The translations under genes were made by a program, and so were the position numbers. 64,000 nucleotides of DNA from Nitrospirota bacterium (GTDB lineage Bacteria > Nitrospirota > UBA9217). Shown in pieces: positions 30,819 through 40,892 of this stretch. The notes beneath the pieces are model-generated. The model was not told the origin of the DNA, made no database searches, and saw only the letters and a program-made list of their open reading frames with translations. Within the stretch, counting starts at the first letter, position 1. Each line of letters opens with the position of its first letter. The DNA lies in assembly GCA_963796285.1 (NCBI GenBank), contig CAWCKW010000012.1:1600001-1664000 (forward strand). Direction: 5' to 3'.

Positions 30819-32615
30819 TCACATCTTCTCCCCCGTTACCCTGATGACCTCATCGAAGGTGGTCTCTCCCTTCAGCATTTTCTGGACCGCGGCCTCGCGC
30901 AGTCCGACCATACCGTCAGTGACCGCAGCCTTCCGGATGAGTTCTGCATCCGCCTTGTCCCGGATGATGGCCCTGATGGTGTCGTTCATTTCCATGACCT
31001 CGAAGATGCCGGTGCGCCCCAGATATCCGGTGCCGCGGCACTGGGGGCATCCCTCGCCGTACTTGACCACGACCTTCTGGTCCCTGCTTGATGCGAGCCC
31101 CACGGCTTGCGCCTCCTCGGGAAGCAGTTCACAGGACTTTTCGCAGTGTCTGCAGATCTTTCTGACCAGCCGCTGTGCCATCACACCAATGATCGTCGAG
31201 GAGATAAGATACGACGGCACTCCGAGGTCCATAAGCCTCGTGATCGTGCTCGGCGCATCGTTCGTGTGGAGCGTGGAAAAAACGAGGTGGCCCGTGAGCG
31301 CTGCCTGCACCGCATTCTCGGCCGTTTCAAGGTCCCGGATCTCGCCGACCATGATGATGTCCGGGTCCTGGCGCAGGATTGTCCGGAGCGTGCTGCCGAA
31401 GGTGATGCCGATCTGAGGCTGTACGCTCACCTGGTTGAATTTATCGTGTACCATTTCAATGGGGTCCTCGATGGTCACGACGTTCACCTCGGGCGTTGCA
31501 ACGGTCTTGAGCGCTGAATAGAGCGTCGTGGTCTTCCCACTGCCCGTGGGACCGGTCACGAGGATAATGCCGTTCGGCCGCGTGATAAAGGAACGGAACA
31601 ACTCGTATTCCCGGGGAGAAAAACCGATCTCTTCAAGGTCCTGGAGCAGAATGTCGGGATCGAAGATCCTGATCACCACTTTTTCACCGAAGGCGGTCGG
31701 CATGGTGGACACGCGGAGTTCGACCTCCCGGGACTTGTATTCGGTCTTGATCCTGCCGTCCTGCGGCCGCCGCTTCTCGGCGATGTCCATGCGCGAAAGC
31801 ATCTTGATGCGGGAGACAAAAGCGGAATGCACGGCCTTGGGTGTCTTGTGAATGGTGTTGAGCATGCCGTCGATCCTGAGCCGGACTTCGCTGTCATCGC
31901 GCTTGGGTTCGATATGGATATCGCTCGCCCGCTGGTCGAAGGCATAGCGGAACAGGAACTCCACGGCATTCACGATATGTTTGTCCGTGGCCTCGATCTC
32001 CGACACGGACTTCATCTTCACGAACTGCTCGAGGTTGCCGAAGTCGACCTCAGATTTCATCTCCCTGGCTGCGGCGGTCACGGACGATCGGAACCCGTAG
32101 AACTCCGTGATGATCTTGACAAGGTCGGTTTTCGGAGTGACGACGCGCTTGACCTTATACCCCATCCGCTCGATGTTCTCAACAACTTCTATATTGTAGG
32201 GGTCTGCCACGGCGAGGGTGAGGGTATCGTCCTCCCGTTCGATCGGGACGGAGATGCTTCGCCGCGCAAAGGCCCGCGAGAGGATTTGCGTGACGATCTC
32301 CGGATTCAGCTTGAGGGGATCGATCTTTTTAAACGGCAATCCTGCATGTTTCGCCACAACCTCGGTAATGATGTCTTCCGTCAAAATCTGGCCCGGCGCA
32401 CCCGGCATTTCTAAATTAAGTGATGCTGCTACTTCGATGGACGAAACCTCGTCCTCGAGGTGCACCCTGCCCCGATGCACGGACTCTTCACGTGCCTTAA
32501 ATATCTTCATCCGCTGGACATCCTGCTTTAACTTGATCTCGCGGGCCTGTTCAGGGCTCAATTTCCCCGCTGTGATAAGGATCTCGCTCAGCAGACCGGT
32601 CGTAAGTTTTGTCAT
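30819..32615 (-). CDS. GspE/PilB family secretion ATPase
   Basis: RASDIHIEP, GPTGSGKTT, LRQDPDIIMVGEIRD, TGHLVFSTLH, tetracysteine motif. Confidence 0.95.
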   Translation of the reverse strand: MTKLTTGLLSEILITAGKLSPEQAREIKLKQDVQRMKIFKAREESVHRGRVHLEDEVSSIEVAASLNLEMPGAPGQILTEDIITEVVAKHAGLPFKKIDPLKLNPEIVTQILSRAFARRSISVPIEREDDTLTLAVADPYNIEVVENIERMGYKVKRVVTPKTDLVKIITEFYGFRSSVTAAAREMKSEVDFGNLEQFVKMKSVSEIEATDKHIVNAVEFLFRYAFDQRASDIHIEPKRDDSEVRLRIDGMLNTIHKTPKAVHSAFVSRIKMLSRMDIAEKRRPQDGRIKTEYKSREVELRVSTMPTAFGEKVVIRIFDPDILLQDLEEIGFSPREYELFRSFITRPNGIILVTGPTGSGKTTTLYSALKTVATPEVNVVTIEDPIEMVHDKFNQVSVQPQIGITFGSTLRTILRQDPDIIMVGEIRDLETAENAVQAALTGHLVFSTLHTNDAPSTITRLMDLGVPSYLISSTIIGVMAQRLVRKICRHCEKSCELLPEEAQAVGLASSRDQKVVVKYGEGCPQCRGTGYLGRTGIFEVMEMNDTIRAIIRDKADAELIRKAAVTDGMVGLREAAVQKMLKGETTFDEVIRVTGEKM

Positions 32616-32643
32616 AGTGGTCCCGTCCAGCGGTGCATTTTCA

Positions 32644-32674
32644 AAATATAAAAGGCCCCCGCAGAAGGGGGGCC
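32644..32674 (-). terminator. Intrinsic terminator
   Basis: GGCCCCC...GGGGGCC hairpin followed by TTTTATATTTT on the minus strand. Confidence 0.6.
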
Positions 32675-32708
32675 GTGCTTACAATACAAGGAATGAGCGC
32701 ATGATATG

Positions 32709-32891
32709 CTATTTCTTCGCCGGTTTTGCAGGCACCGGTGCCGGCGCAGGCGCAGGCTCCGGAGCAGGCGGCGTCACAGCAGGCTGTGCAGCAGGCGTAG
32801 GCGGCGAATATTCCTTTTTTTTCTCACAACCGAAAAAAGCAACGGTGGAAACAATACACAGCACCAGAATAAAAACGGAGTACTTTTTCAC
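32709..32891 (-). CDS. Small Pro/Ala-rich lipoprotein
   Basis: AAGGAGG RBS, GTG start, lipobox FFGC, PA-rich tail. Confidence 0.7.
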   Translation of the reverse strand: MKKYSVFILVLCIVSTVAFFGCEKKKEYSPPTPAAQPAVTPPAPEPAPAPAPVPAKPAKK

Positions 32892-32968
32892 AAAGCTATA
32901 CCTCCTTAATGAGTTTTGACCGCACCGCATCACGCGGAGGCGGATACTGAACGCAGGTTGTCGGGCAC

Positions 32969-33196
32969 TTAAAGGATTCGTGTAGCAACCGAGCGCGTTA
33001 CCGTAAGCTCCCGTACTTTCTGTCCAAGTTTCTCTTCCAGGAGCACCTGCTGCTCTTCGTTGAGACTGAGCCTGAAGACCCGCAGCTTATTCAGGGAACG
33101 CTTGGAAAGGTAGATCTCCTGAAGCTCAAATCCGATTTGTTTTTTAATTTCAGCGCGCTGCTGTGGCGTCAATTCCAATACGACGGTTTCTTCCAT
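32969..33196 (-). CDS. Small hypothetical protein with an internal tandem duplication
   Basis: GGAGG RBS; two similar segments of about 30 aa. Confidence 0.6.
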   Translation of the reverse strand: MEETVVLELTPQQRAEIKKQIGFELQEIYLSKRSLNKLRVFRLSLNEEQQVLLEEKLGQKVRELTVTRSVATRIL

Positions 33197-33377
33197 CGAG
33201 TGAACCCTCCATCAAATTTGATTATAGGCACTTTGATACGGAAATTCAAGTCTTTTTTGATGACGTTGCTTACCATCGCAGCCAAACAGCTATTGTGACA
33301 AACAGTGTACAAAGGACCGGGCAAACAATGCCGGGGAATATGTGCAACCTCGAGACAGCGTACGCAGTGCCTGGTCC

Positions 33378-35069
33378 TTACATTTCCAATACAAGTTTTT
33401 TTGCTATCTTATCGACAGCGTCCTCCATCTTCACCTTCTCTACCTGCCCGGTCTTCCTCTCTTTCAGTTCTACAAGCCCCTCCTTGAGGTTCTTCTCGCC
33501 GATGATGATACGATAGGGGATGCCGATAAGGTCCGCGTCCTTGAACTTGACCCCGGCTCGTTCATCACGATCGTCCATCAGGACCTCGAAGCCCTTTTCT
33601 TCCAAAGCCGCGTAGAGCTCTTCGGCAACATCCATGGTCCTTGCGTCTTTCACATTCACCGGAATGATAAGGAGGTGGTACGGCGCGATCGCAGACGGCC
33701 AGATGATGCCGTTCTCATCGTTGCCCTGTTCGACGGCCGCGGCCGCGATGCGCGCCGGGCCTATTCCGTAGCTGCCCATGACGACCGGTTTCTCGGAACC
33801 GCTCTCATCCAGATAGTTCGCCTTAAGCGGCACCGAGTACCTGGTTCCCAGTTTAAAGATGTTTCCGATCTCGATCACCCGTTCGACGCGGAGGGGCTTG
33901 CCGCAGGTCACGCACGAATCCCCTGCCGCGGCAGTATGGATATCAGAGAATTCAGCGTCGTTAAAATGTTTATCAGCCGATATTCCTTTTACATGAAATC
34001 CTTCCTTGTTCGCTCCTGCCACGTACACACCCTGCTTCAGCGAGGGATCAGCGATCTTTCTGATTTTGTGGCCCATGGGACCGATGAACCCCCCGGGGAT
34101 GCCGAGAGCCGCCTTCACCTCTTCCTTCTGCGCCGGACGGTGAGCGCCTATAAGCTTTGCCAGTTTCTTTTCATGCAGGGTCTGGTCCCCGCGCACCAGA
34201 GCCAGCACCGGCCCAGCGTCGCTCATCACCAGAATGGATTTTACCAGGAGGTCGGGCGTGACTTTCAGGAACCGAGTCACTTCATCGATGGTACGACGCT
34301 GGGGTGTGGCCACCTCTTCGTATGTCCAGTCAGGATAGTTCGGGGTTTTTGGCAATGACTCCGCAAGCTCCACATTGGCTGCGTATCCGCAGCCGTCGCA
34401 GAGAGCGACATCGTCCTCGCCGGCAGGAGACGGCGCCATGAACTCGTGGGCACCGGTGCCTCCCATCATGCCTATGTCGCTCTGAACAACGTAAAATTTA
34501 ATCCCGCAGCGGTTGTAGATCTTTTTATACGCGTCAAGATGGATATCGTAGGACTTGTCGAGCCCCGCCTCGTCGCGATCAAAGCTGTATGAATCCTTCA
34601 TCACGAACTCGCGCGTACGCAGGATCCCGCTCTTGGGCCGCGCCTCATCGCGAAGTTTGGTCTGGAGCTGATACCAGATCTGCGGCAGGTCGCGGTAGGA
34701 GCGCAGGTCGTGCGCCGCCAGCCAGGTCATGACCTCTTCGTGCGTCATGGCCAGGCACATATCGCGGCCCCCCCGGTCTTTCAGCCGGAACATCTCGTCG
34801 CCGATCGCGTCCCACCGGCCGGTCTGCTGCCACACCTCGGCCGGGTGCAGCACCGGCATGGTCACTTCCTGGCCGCCGATCGCGTTCATCTCCTCGCGGA
34901 TGATGCGGTCGATCTTGTCCATCACTCTCCGGCCGAGCGGAAGGTAGATGTAGAGCCCGGCCGCAAGCTGGCGCACGAACCCGCCGCGCACCATGAGCTT
35001 GTGCGAGACCGCCTCGGCCTCGGCGGGAGCCTCTTTCAACGTTGGAATGAACAAACGGGAATAACGCAT
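33378..35069 (-). CDS. proS: Prolyl-tRNA synthetase
   Basis: MTHEE, RDEARPKSGILRTREFVMKDSYSF, editing insertion, GNIFKLG, MGSYGIG. Confidence 0.98.
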   Translation of the reverse strand: MRYSRLFIPTLKEAPAEAEAVSHKLMVRGGFVRQLAAGLYIYLPLGRRVMDKIDRIIREEMNAIGGQEVTMPVLHPAEVWQQTGRWDAIGDEMFRLKDRGGRDMCLAMTHEEVMTWLAAHDLRSYRDLPQIWYQLQTKLRDEARPKSGILRTREFVMKDSYSFDRDEAGLDKSYDIHLDAYKKIYNRCGIKFYVVQSDIGMMGGTGAHEFMAPSPAGEDDVALCDGCGYAANVELAESLPKTPNYPDWTYEEVATPQRRTIDEVTRFLKVTPDLLVKSILVMSDAGPVLALVRGDQTLHEKKLAKLIGAHRPAQKEEVKAALGIPGGFIGPMGHKIRKIADPSLKQGVYVAGANKEGFHVKGISADKHFNDAEFSDIHTAAAGDSCVTCGKPLRVERVIEIGNIFKLGTRYSVPLKANYLDESGSEKPVVMGSYGIGPARIAAAAVEQGNDENGIIWPSAIAPYHLLIIPVNVKDARTMDVAEELYAALEEKGFEVLMDDRDERAGVKFKDADLIGIPYRIIIGEKNLKEGLVELKERKTGQVEKVKMEDAVDKIAKKLVLEM

Positions 35070-35084
35070 GGAACCTCCACAAAG

Positions 35085-35168
35085 CAGGAGACAGGAGTCA
35101 GAATCCAGGAGTCAGGAGAAAAGTTCGGCTTTCTCTCTCCTGGCTACTGGCTACTGGTTCCTGACTTC
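35085..35168. repeat. Heptamer-arm palindromic element (CAGGAGT type) overlapping the ispG stop
   Basis: CAGGAGA CAGGAGT CAGAATC CAGGAGT CAGGAGA ... TCCTGGC TACTGGC TACTGGT TCCTGAC. Confidence 0.8.
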
Positions 35169-36259
35169 ATCTTATTAACTATTTTCTCCACCTCACCTAC
35201 CAGCACATCCGCAAGCTCTGCCTCGGATAATTTCGCGACGATCTCGCCATGCTTGAAGAGCAGTCCTACGCCCTTGCCGCCGGCGATCCCGATGTGCGCC
35301 TCGCGCGCCTCGCCGGGCCCGTTCACCACGCAGCCCATGACGGCGACCGTGATCGGTTCCTTGATATGCGCAAGCCTTTTTTCGACTTCCTGGGCCAGGC
35401 CGATGATGTTGATCTCGGTCCTGCCGCAGGTGGGGCAGGAAATGATGTTCACCCCGCGCTGCCGGACCTTGAGCGACTTCAATATCTCGTAGGCCGCACG
35501 CACTTCCTCCACCGGGTCCGCGGTGAGCGAAACACGCATGGTGTCGCCGATGCCCTCGGCCAGCAGGATGCCGAGACCGACGCTCGACTTGATCGTGCCG
35601 GAAAAGAGCGTGCCTGCCTCCGATATGCCGATGTGCAGGGGATACTCTGATTTCTCGGAGAACAGCCGATAGGACGCGACCGTGGTCATCACATCAGAGG
35701 CCTTCAGCGAGACCTTGAGATTTGTGAAGTTCAGGTCCTCAAGGATGCGGATGTGACCGAAGGCGCTCTCCACAATCGCCTCCGGGGTGGGGTGGCCGTA
35801 TGTTTCGAGCAGATGCTTTTCGAGCGAACCCGCGTTCACACCGATGCGGATCGGGATGCCCTTGTCCCTGCATGCCCGCACGACCTCGGCGACCTTGTCC
35901 TTGCCGCCGATGTTTCCGGGATTGATCCGGAGCCCGTCCACGCCCTGCCTTACTGCCTCGAGCGCCAACCGGTGGTCAAAGTGAATGTCGGCGATGAGCG
36001 GCATGCTCGTGCCTTTTCTGATCGCGCCGAGCGCTCTCGCGGCTGCCTCATCCGGCACCGCAAGCCGCACGATCTCGCACCCGGCCTGTTCCAGGTGGCT
36101 GATCTGATCGAGCGTCCTCGCCGCGTCCCGCGTGTCCGTGTTGCACATGGACTGGACAGAGATCGGCGCGCCTCCGCCGATCGTGACGGAAGCGAGGGTG
36201 ATCTGTTTAGTTTTTTTTCTAATAATATGTTTCACGATTAACGGATACCTAATAAGCAA
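35144..36259 (-). CDS. ispG: HMBPP synthase
   Basis: VQSMCNT, ADIHF, RINPGN, SCPTCGR, MGCVVNGPGE. Confidence 0.97.
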   Translation of the reverse strand: MLIRYPLIVKHIIRKKTKQITLASVTIGGGAPISVQSMCNTDTRDAARTLDQISHLEQAGCEIVRLAVPDEAAARALGAIRKGTSMPLIADIHFDHRLALEAVRQGVDGLRINPGNIGGKDKVAEVVRACRDKGIPIRIGVNAGSLEKHLLETYGHPTPEAIVESAFGHIRILEDLNFTNLKVSLKASDVMTTVASYRLFSEKSEYPLHIGISEAGTLFSGTIKSSVGLGILLAEGIGDTMRVSLTADPVEEVRAAYEILKSLKVRQRGVNIISCPTCGRTEINIIGLAQEVEKRLAHIKEPITVAVMGCVVNGPGEAREAHIGIAGGKGVGLLFKHGEIVAKLSEAELADVLVGEVEKIVNKMKSGTSSQ

Positions 36260-36267
36260 AAGGATTT

Positions 36268-36343
36268 ACCGTGAAGACGCCAAGAGCGCAAGGAACCCTT
36301 AACGTCAGCCAGTAAACCTTCGCGTCCTTCGCGTCCTCGCGGT
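36268..36343. repeat. Triple-CGCnRAG palindromic element
   Basis: CCGTGAAG ACGCCAAG AGCGCAAGG ... CTTCGCGTC CTTCGCGT CCTCGCGG. Confidence 0.75.
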
Positions 36344-36358
36344 TCAAGGTTTACTGCA

Positions 36359-37642
36359 TTACTTGCTGAAAAACATCCTCATGACATCGTTATACGACAC
36401 GACGGCGATCAGCGTGATCAACAGCCCGGCGCCGATGCTCTGGGAAACCTCCATCACCTTCCTGCTGAGCGGCTTTTTGCGGATCGCCTCGATCACGAGG
36501 AACAGGATCATTCCTCCGTCAAGCACCGGAATAGGCAGCAGGTTCAGGACGCCGAGCGAGATGCTGATCATGGCGAGAAGCGACAGGAAAGCCGACAATC
36601 CGGCGGCAGCCGCCTGGCCCGACATCTGCGCGATCATCACCGGCCCGCCGAGCGTCTTGATCGAGAGGTCGAAGGTAATAAGCTTCTTGAGCGTGATGAA
36701 CGTCAGGTCGACGGATTCGATGGTTTTGTCGAAGCCCAGTCGCAGGGATTCGAAAAATCCGTATTTCTTGAATACCAGCCGCATGACCGGCTCAACGCCG
36801 ATGACCTGCCTGCCGCCGTCCTCTCTTGGGGTAACGATCTTCTCCATGCGCTTGCCGTTCCGCTCGAGCGTTAGCGTGAGCTTGCTCCCCTTGCTGTCGC
36901 GCACCAGCGTGGAGAACTGGATCCAGTGATAGATCGTCTTCCCGTCAACGGCGATGATCTTGTCGTTCACCATGACCCCGGCCTGCTCGGCGGGGAACCC
37001 CGGCTTCAGCTTCCCGATCTCCGCCGGCATGTCGGGGACCAGACCGGACGTTCCGATCTTGAGTTCTGTCGCCAAATCAGGACGGAGCGTCAAGGCCTTT
37101 TTTTCACCTTGCCGCTCGATAATTACCGTCACGTCGGTATCGGGGTTCACCGCGATCAGGGTCAGCGCCCTGGTCCAGTCGCTGATGCTCCTGCCATTGA
37201 TCTTCTCGATCACATCGCCCGCCACGAAGCCGGCCCGCTCGGCAGGCGAACCTTTTTCCACGTAGCCGACCTTGGCCGGGCCTTCACTGTACGTCCCGAC
37301 TATGAAGACGAGCGGCATGATGATGAAAGCCAATACGATGTTCGTGAGCGGTCCCGTGGCCGCGATCTTGGCGCGTTGCCACACGGTCTTGGACTGGAAC
37401 TCGTCCGGAGCGCCCGTCGGTTCCTCATCCGGGTTCTCTCCCGCCATCTTCACGTACCCTCCGAGCGGAAGCGCGGAAAGGACATACTCCGTATCACCCT
37501 TCTTGAAGCCGAAAAGTTTTGGCCCCATGCCGAGCGAGAACTTCTCGACCCGCACGCCTGCCCGCTTTGCCATGATAAAGTGCCCAAACTCGTGCACGAA
37601 CACGAGGATCCCGATCACGATCAGAAAATAGACGAATGTCAT
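36359..37642 (-). CDS. rseP: RIP metalloprotease RseP with two PDZ domains
   Basis: HEFGH, LGGYVKM, NLLPIPVLDGG; GGAGG RBS before MTFVYF. Confidence 0.96.
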   Translation of the reverse strand: MTFVYFLIVIGILVFVHEFGHFIMAKRAGVRVEKFSLGMGPKLFGFKKGDTEYVLSALPLGGYVKMAGENPDEEPTGAPDEFQSKTVWQRAKIAATGPLTNIVLAFIIMPLVFIVGTYSEGPAKVGYVEKGSPAERAGFVAGDVIEKINGRSISDWTRALTLIAVNPDTDVTVIIERQGEKKALTLRPDLATELKIGTSGLVPDMPAEIGKLKPGFPAEQAGVMVNDKIIAVDGKTIYHWIQFSTLVRDSKGSKLTLTLERNGKRMEKIVTPREDGGRQVIGVEPVMRLVFKKYGFFESLRLGFDKTIESVDLTFITLKKLITFDLSIKTLGGPVMIAQMSGQAAAAGLSAFLSLLAMISISLGVLNLLPIPVLDGGMILFLVIEAIRKKPLSRKVMEVSQSIGAGLLITLIAVVSYNDVMRMFFSK

Positions 37643-37699
37643 TGCTCCTCCTTGAAAAAAGCAAACCAAATATGATGAACACGCAACAAGTAAAATTTC

Positions 37700-37762
37700 A
37701 CCGCTGAGACGCAGAGAAAAGCCTTACTCTTTTCAATATGCATTTCTCCGCTTCTCGGCGGT
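37700..37762. repeat. CGCnRAG palindromic element (two units per arm)
   Basis: ACCGCTGAG ACGCAGAG ... CTCCGCTT CTCGGCGGT. Confidence 0.7.
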
Positions 37763-37807
37763 ATTATGACTTTTTACGACTTACAATCAGCTATTCGCAA
37801 AAGTTCC

Positions 37808-38971
37808 TCATCTCTTGACCCCTGCCCCGATCACCTTTTCCGCTTCATGCCGTGCCCAGAGGTCTGCCTTGAGCGCGTCCTCCACGGTACGAATGTCCGA
37901 CGGGGTATGGGCGTCCATTGTGGACCTGATCACGCGGGCGATGTCCGTATACCCGATCTTCTCCTCCAGAAAATATTTTACCGCCACCTCGTTCGCGGCC
38001 GAGAGCACCGCCGGCATGCTGCCTCCTGCTCTCAATGCATCAAAGGCATAAGCCAGACAGGGAAATCGGTCCATGTCCGGCTCCTCGAAGGTGAGCGTGC
38101 CCATCTTTGCGAGGTCGAGCGCCGGGGAGACACCCGAAAGCCGCTCGGGATACGAAAGCGCGTAGGCGATCGGCCCCCTCATGTCAGGCATGCCGAGCTG
38201 CGCAACGACCGCGCCGTCGTGATATTCCACCATGGAATGGACAATGCTCTGGGGATGGACCAGCACCTTGATCTTTTCTGGAGCGATATCGAAGAGCCAT
38301 CTCGCCTCGATCACTTCGAGCCCCTTGTTCATGAGCGTGGCGGAATCGATCGTGATCTTCCTGCCCATGCTCCAGTTCGGGTGTTTGAGGGCCTGCGCCA
38401 GCGTCACCTTCCCAAGGTCCTTCTTTGAATGGGAACGGAACGGGCCTCCGGATGCGGTCAAGACCAGTTTTCTAATGTCCGTGTTCGCACCGGCGAGCAG
38501 ACACTGAAAAATGGCGCTGTGTTCGCTGTCCACCGGCAGGATACGGATCCCTTTTGCCCGGCACTCGGCCATGACCAGCTCTCCTGCGGTCACCAGCACT
38601 TCCTTGTTCGCGAGCGCGATGTCCTTGCCGGCACGGATGGCAGCCATGGTAGGCACGAGTCCTGCTGTCCCCACGATCGCCGACACCGTGATGTCCGCCT
38701 CATCCGCGGCCGCCACCTGGATCATTCCTTCGACGCCGAAGAGGATGCGCACACTGAGATCACTGCACCGCTTTTTCAGGTCCCCTGCAGAACGCTCGCT
38801 CACCACGGACACGATCGACGGCCTGAATTTCCGGACCTGCTGCTCGAGCAGTTCGACATTGTTCCCCGCCGCAAGCGCGACCACGGTGAAACGCTCCTGG
38901 AATTTTTCAACCACCGAAAGCGTTGACTGCCCGATCGAACCGGTGGAACCTAATAGGGATATTTTTTTCAT
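37808..38971 (-). CDS. dxr: 1-deoxy-D-xylulose-5-phosphate reductoisomerase
   Basis: LGSTGSIG, LANKE, PVDSEH, HPNWSMG, NKGLE. Confidence 0.98.
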   Translation of the reverse strand: MKKISLLGSTGSIGQSTLSVVEKFQERFTVVALAAGNNVELLEQQVRKFRPSIVSVVSERSAGDLKKRCSDLSVRILFGVEGMIQVAAADEADITVSAIVGTAGLVPTMAAIRAGKDIALANKEVLVTAGELVMAECRAKGIRILPVDSEHSAIFQCLLAGANTDIRKLVLTASGGPFRSHSKKDLGKVTLAQALKHPNWSMGRKITIDSATLMNKGLEVIEARWLFDIAPEKIKVLVHPQSIVHSMVEYHDGAVVAQLGMPDMRGPIAYALSYPERLSGVSPALDLAKMGTLTFEEPDMDRFPCLAYAFDALRAGGSMPAVLSAANEVAVKYFLEEKIGYTDIARVIRSTMDAHTPSDIRTVEDALKADLWARHEAEKVIGAGVKR

Positions 38972-38972
38972 A

Positions 38973-39059
38973 AGAAGTCAGGAGCCGGAAGTCAGGGGTC
39001 AGAAGAAAAACGACGTCTCAGGCCGTTCTTCTGGATTCTGGCTCCTGGCCACTGTATTC
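38973..39059. repeat. Heptamer-arm palindromic element filling the cdsA-dxr spacer
   Basis: AGAAGTC AGGAGCC GGAAGTC AGGGGTC ... TTCTGGA TTCTGGC TCCTGGC CACTGTA. Confidence 0.8.
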
Positions 39060-39064
39060 CTCTC

Positions 39065-39865
39065 TCATCTCATCCTGAGATAATAATACAGCACCGGCGC
39101 GGCGAACAACATGCTGTCCATGCGATCGAGAATACCGCCGTGACCGGGGATGATTGTTCCTGAATCCTTGACCCCTGCCGCGCGTTTGAACAGAGACTCG
39201 ACGAGGTCGCCGACCGTCCCGACAACCGCCAGCATGAGGGCGATCGCGATCGCTTCTCCTGCTCCGATGGGCGGCATGAACCAGACCCGGCACAGAAGTG
39301 CCATGGCCGCGGACGCAACGAGCGCGCCAAGAAGTCCCTCAATACTTTTCTTCGGGCTGACCTTCTCATACAGCCGATGTTTCCCAAAGGGGATGCCGAT
39401 CGAATAGGCGCCGATGTCCGATGCCCAGATGATGAAATAGAGGAACACCAGCCATTGTTTCCCATCCTCGCCCGCACGGACCCCGACCTGGTACGCAAAC
39501 AGCATGGCCACATAGAACACGCCGAGAAACGTGGAAGCTGCATCTTCGATCGCGCCGTCAACAGGCCGTGGAGAAAAAAGCCGTGCGATCATGATCAGGA
39601 GCGCGCTGGCAGCGACGGGAAGGAACGTACCCAATGCCGGGACCAGCGGGTGATAGAACTCAAGGACCATTAGCGCGCCGACCGCGATCCCGAGCACCTG
39701 GAGGGGATGCGATCCCCGTGCCTGCGCCATGCTATAAAATTCATATTGTCCCACGGCCACGGCTGCCAGCACAAGGGCCATGAAATAAACCGGCGGAAGC
39801 ACCCAGGCGACCAGGTAGAAGATGGGCAGGAATAAAAGCCCTGAAATCACTCTTTTATACAGCAT
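39065..39865 (-). CDS. cdsA: Phosphatidate cytidylyltransferase
   Basis: SPKKSIEG, GDLVESLFKR..KDSG..PGHGGILDRMDS. Confidence 0.97.
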   Translation of the reverse strand: MLYKRVISGLLFLPIFYLVAWVLPPVYFMALVLAAVAVGQYEFYSMAQARGSHPLQVLGIAVGALMVLEFYHPLVPALGTFLPVAASALLIMIARLFSPRPVDGAIEDAASTFLGVFYVAMLFAYQVGVRAGEDGKQWLVFLYFIIWASDIGAYSIGIPFGKHRLYEKVSPKKSIEGLLGALVASAAMALLCRVWFMPPIGAGEAIAIALMLAVVGTVGDLVESLFKRAAGVKDSGTIIPGHGGILDRMDSMLFAAPVLYYYLRMR

Positions 39866-40070
39866 ATGGTGGCTCCACAGTTTGCGTGTTTCATCGGGTC
39901 AAGCCAAAATCTCGGCATTTATTTACGAGATGAACAGGAGAATACATCGCAACTCTGCATCTTAACCCCGGTGATCAAGTTACGCCTGTCAAAATAGTGC
40001 TCTTTGTGGTTTCACTTCTTCTTCATGCGGGAAGAGTATCATTCAACCGCGCAACGCCGAAATATCTCCG

Positions 40071-40847
40071 TCACTTCCGCACAAGCTGGTCCTGAGTCAG
40101 GCCGAACCGGCGCTGACGCCCCTGGTAATCGAGAAGAGCCGCCAGGAGATCCTGCTCTGTGAAATCGGGCCAGAGCGTATCGGTGAAATGGAGCTCGGCG
40201 TAGGCAGCCTGCCAGAGAAGAAAGTTGCTGATGCGCTTCTCGCCGCTCGTGCGAATGATCAGGTCCGGGTCAGGCAGCCCCGCGGTATCGAGGAATGCGG
40301 AAAAGGTCTCTTCCGTGACATCGGCTGCCGCGTTGTTCGTTGAACGCATGCGTTTGATCGCTTCCAGGATCTCGCCGCGCCCGCCATAGGACAGCGCCAG
40401 GTTCAATACCATGCCGGTGTTCCCGGCTGTCTCGGACACGGCCCGTTCGATCCACTTCCGCGCCGACGCCGGGAGCCGTTCAGTCCTGCCGATGGTGCGG
40501 AACCGGATGCCGTTCTCTTTCATGGTCGATATCTCGGCCTTGAGAAAGGTCCCCAACAGGTCCATGAGAAAGCCCACCTCTTCCTTGGGTCTGCCCCAGT
40601 TCTCGTCAGAGAACGCATAGAGGGTCAACACCTGGACACCATACTGCCGGCACTGTTCTGTAACGCGGCGCACTGTTTCCACGCCTCTCTTGTGTCCGGC
40701 GATGCGCGGCAGGCCCATGCGCTGCGCCCACCTGCCATTGCCGTCCATGATGATGGCGACATGTTTCGGCAGGCAGTTCCTGTCCACCTCGGCGCGAAGC
40801 TTCTCAAGGTCCTGGTTTTTTCTTTTCATTCGTTTGTGGCTCTCCAT
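40071..40847 (-). CDS. uppS: Undecaprenyl diphosphate synthase
   Basis: HVAIIMDGNGRWA, YAFSDENW, IRTSGEKRISNFLLWQ, RRFG. Confidence 0.97.
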   Translation of the reverse strand: MESHKRMKRKNQDLEKLRAEVDRNCLPKHVAIIMDGNGRWAQRMGLPRIAGHKRGVETVRRVTEQCRQYGVQVLTLYAFSDENWGRPKEEVGFLMDLLGTFLKAEISTMKENGIRFRTIGRTERLPASARKWIERAVSETAGNTGMVLNLALSYGGRGEILEAIKRMRSTNNAAADVTEETFSAFLDTAGLPDPDLIIRTSGEKRISNFLLWQAAYAELHFTDTLWPDFTEQDLLAALLDYQGRQRRFGLTQDQLVRK

Positions 40848-40892
40848 TCAGAACCGATGCGGCATGCATACAGCCCGCATTCAACGTTTTTA

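Noticed and set aside
32709-32810. GCAGGC/GCCGG repeats
   Set aside because: Explained by the Pro/Ala-rich low-complexity tail of a small lipoprotein.
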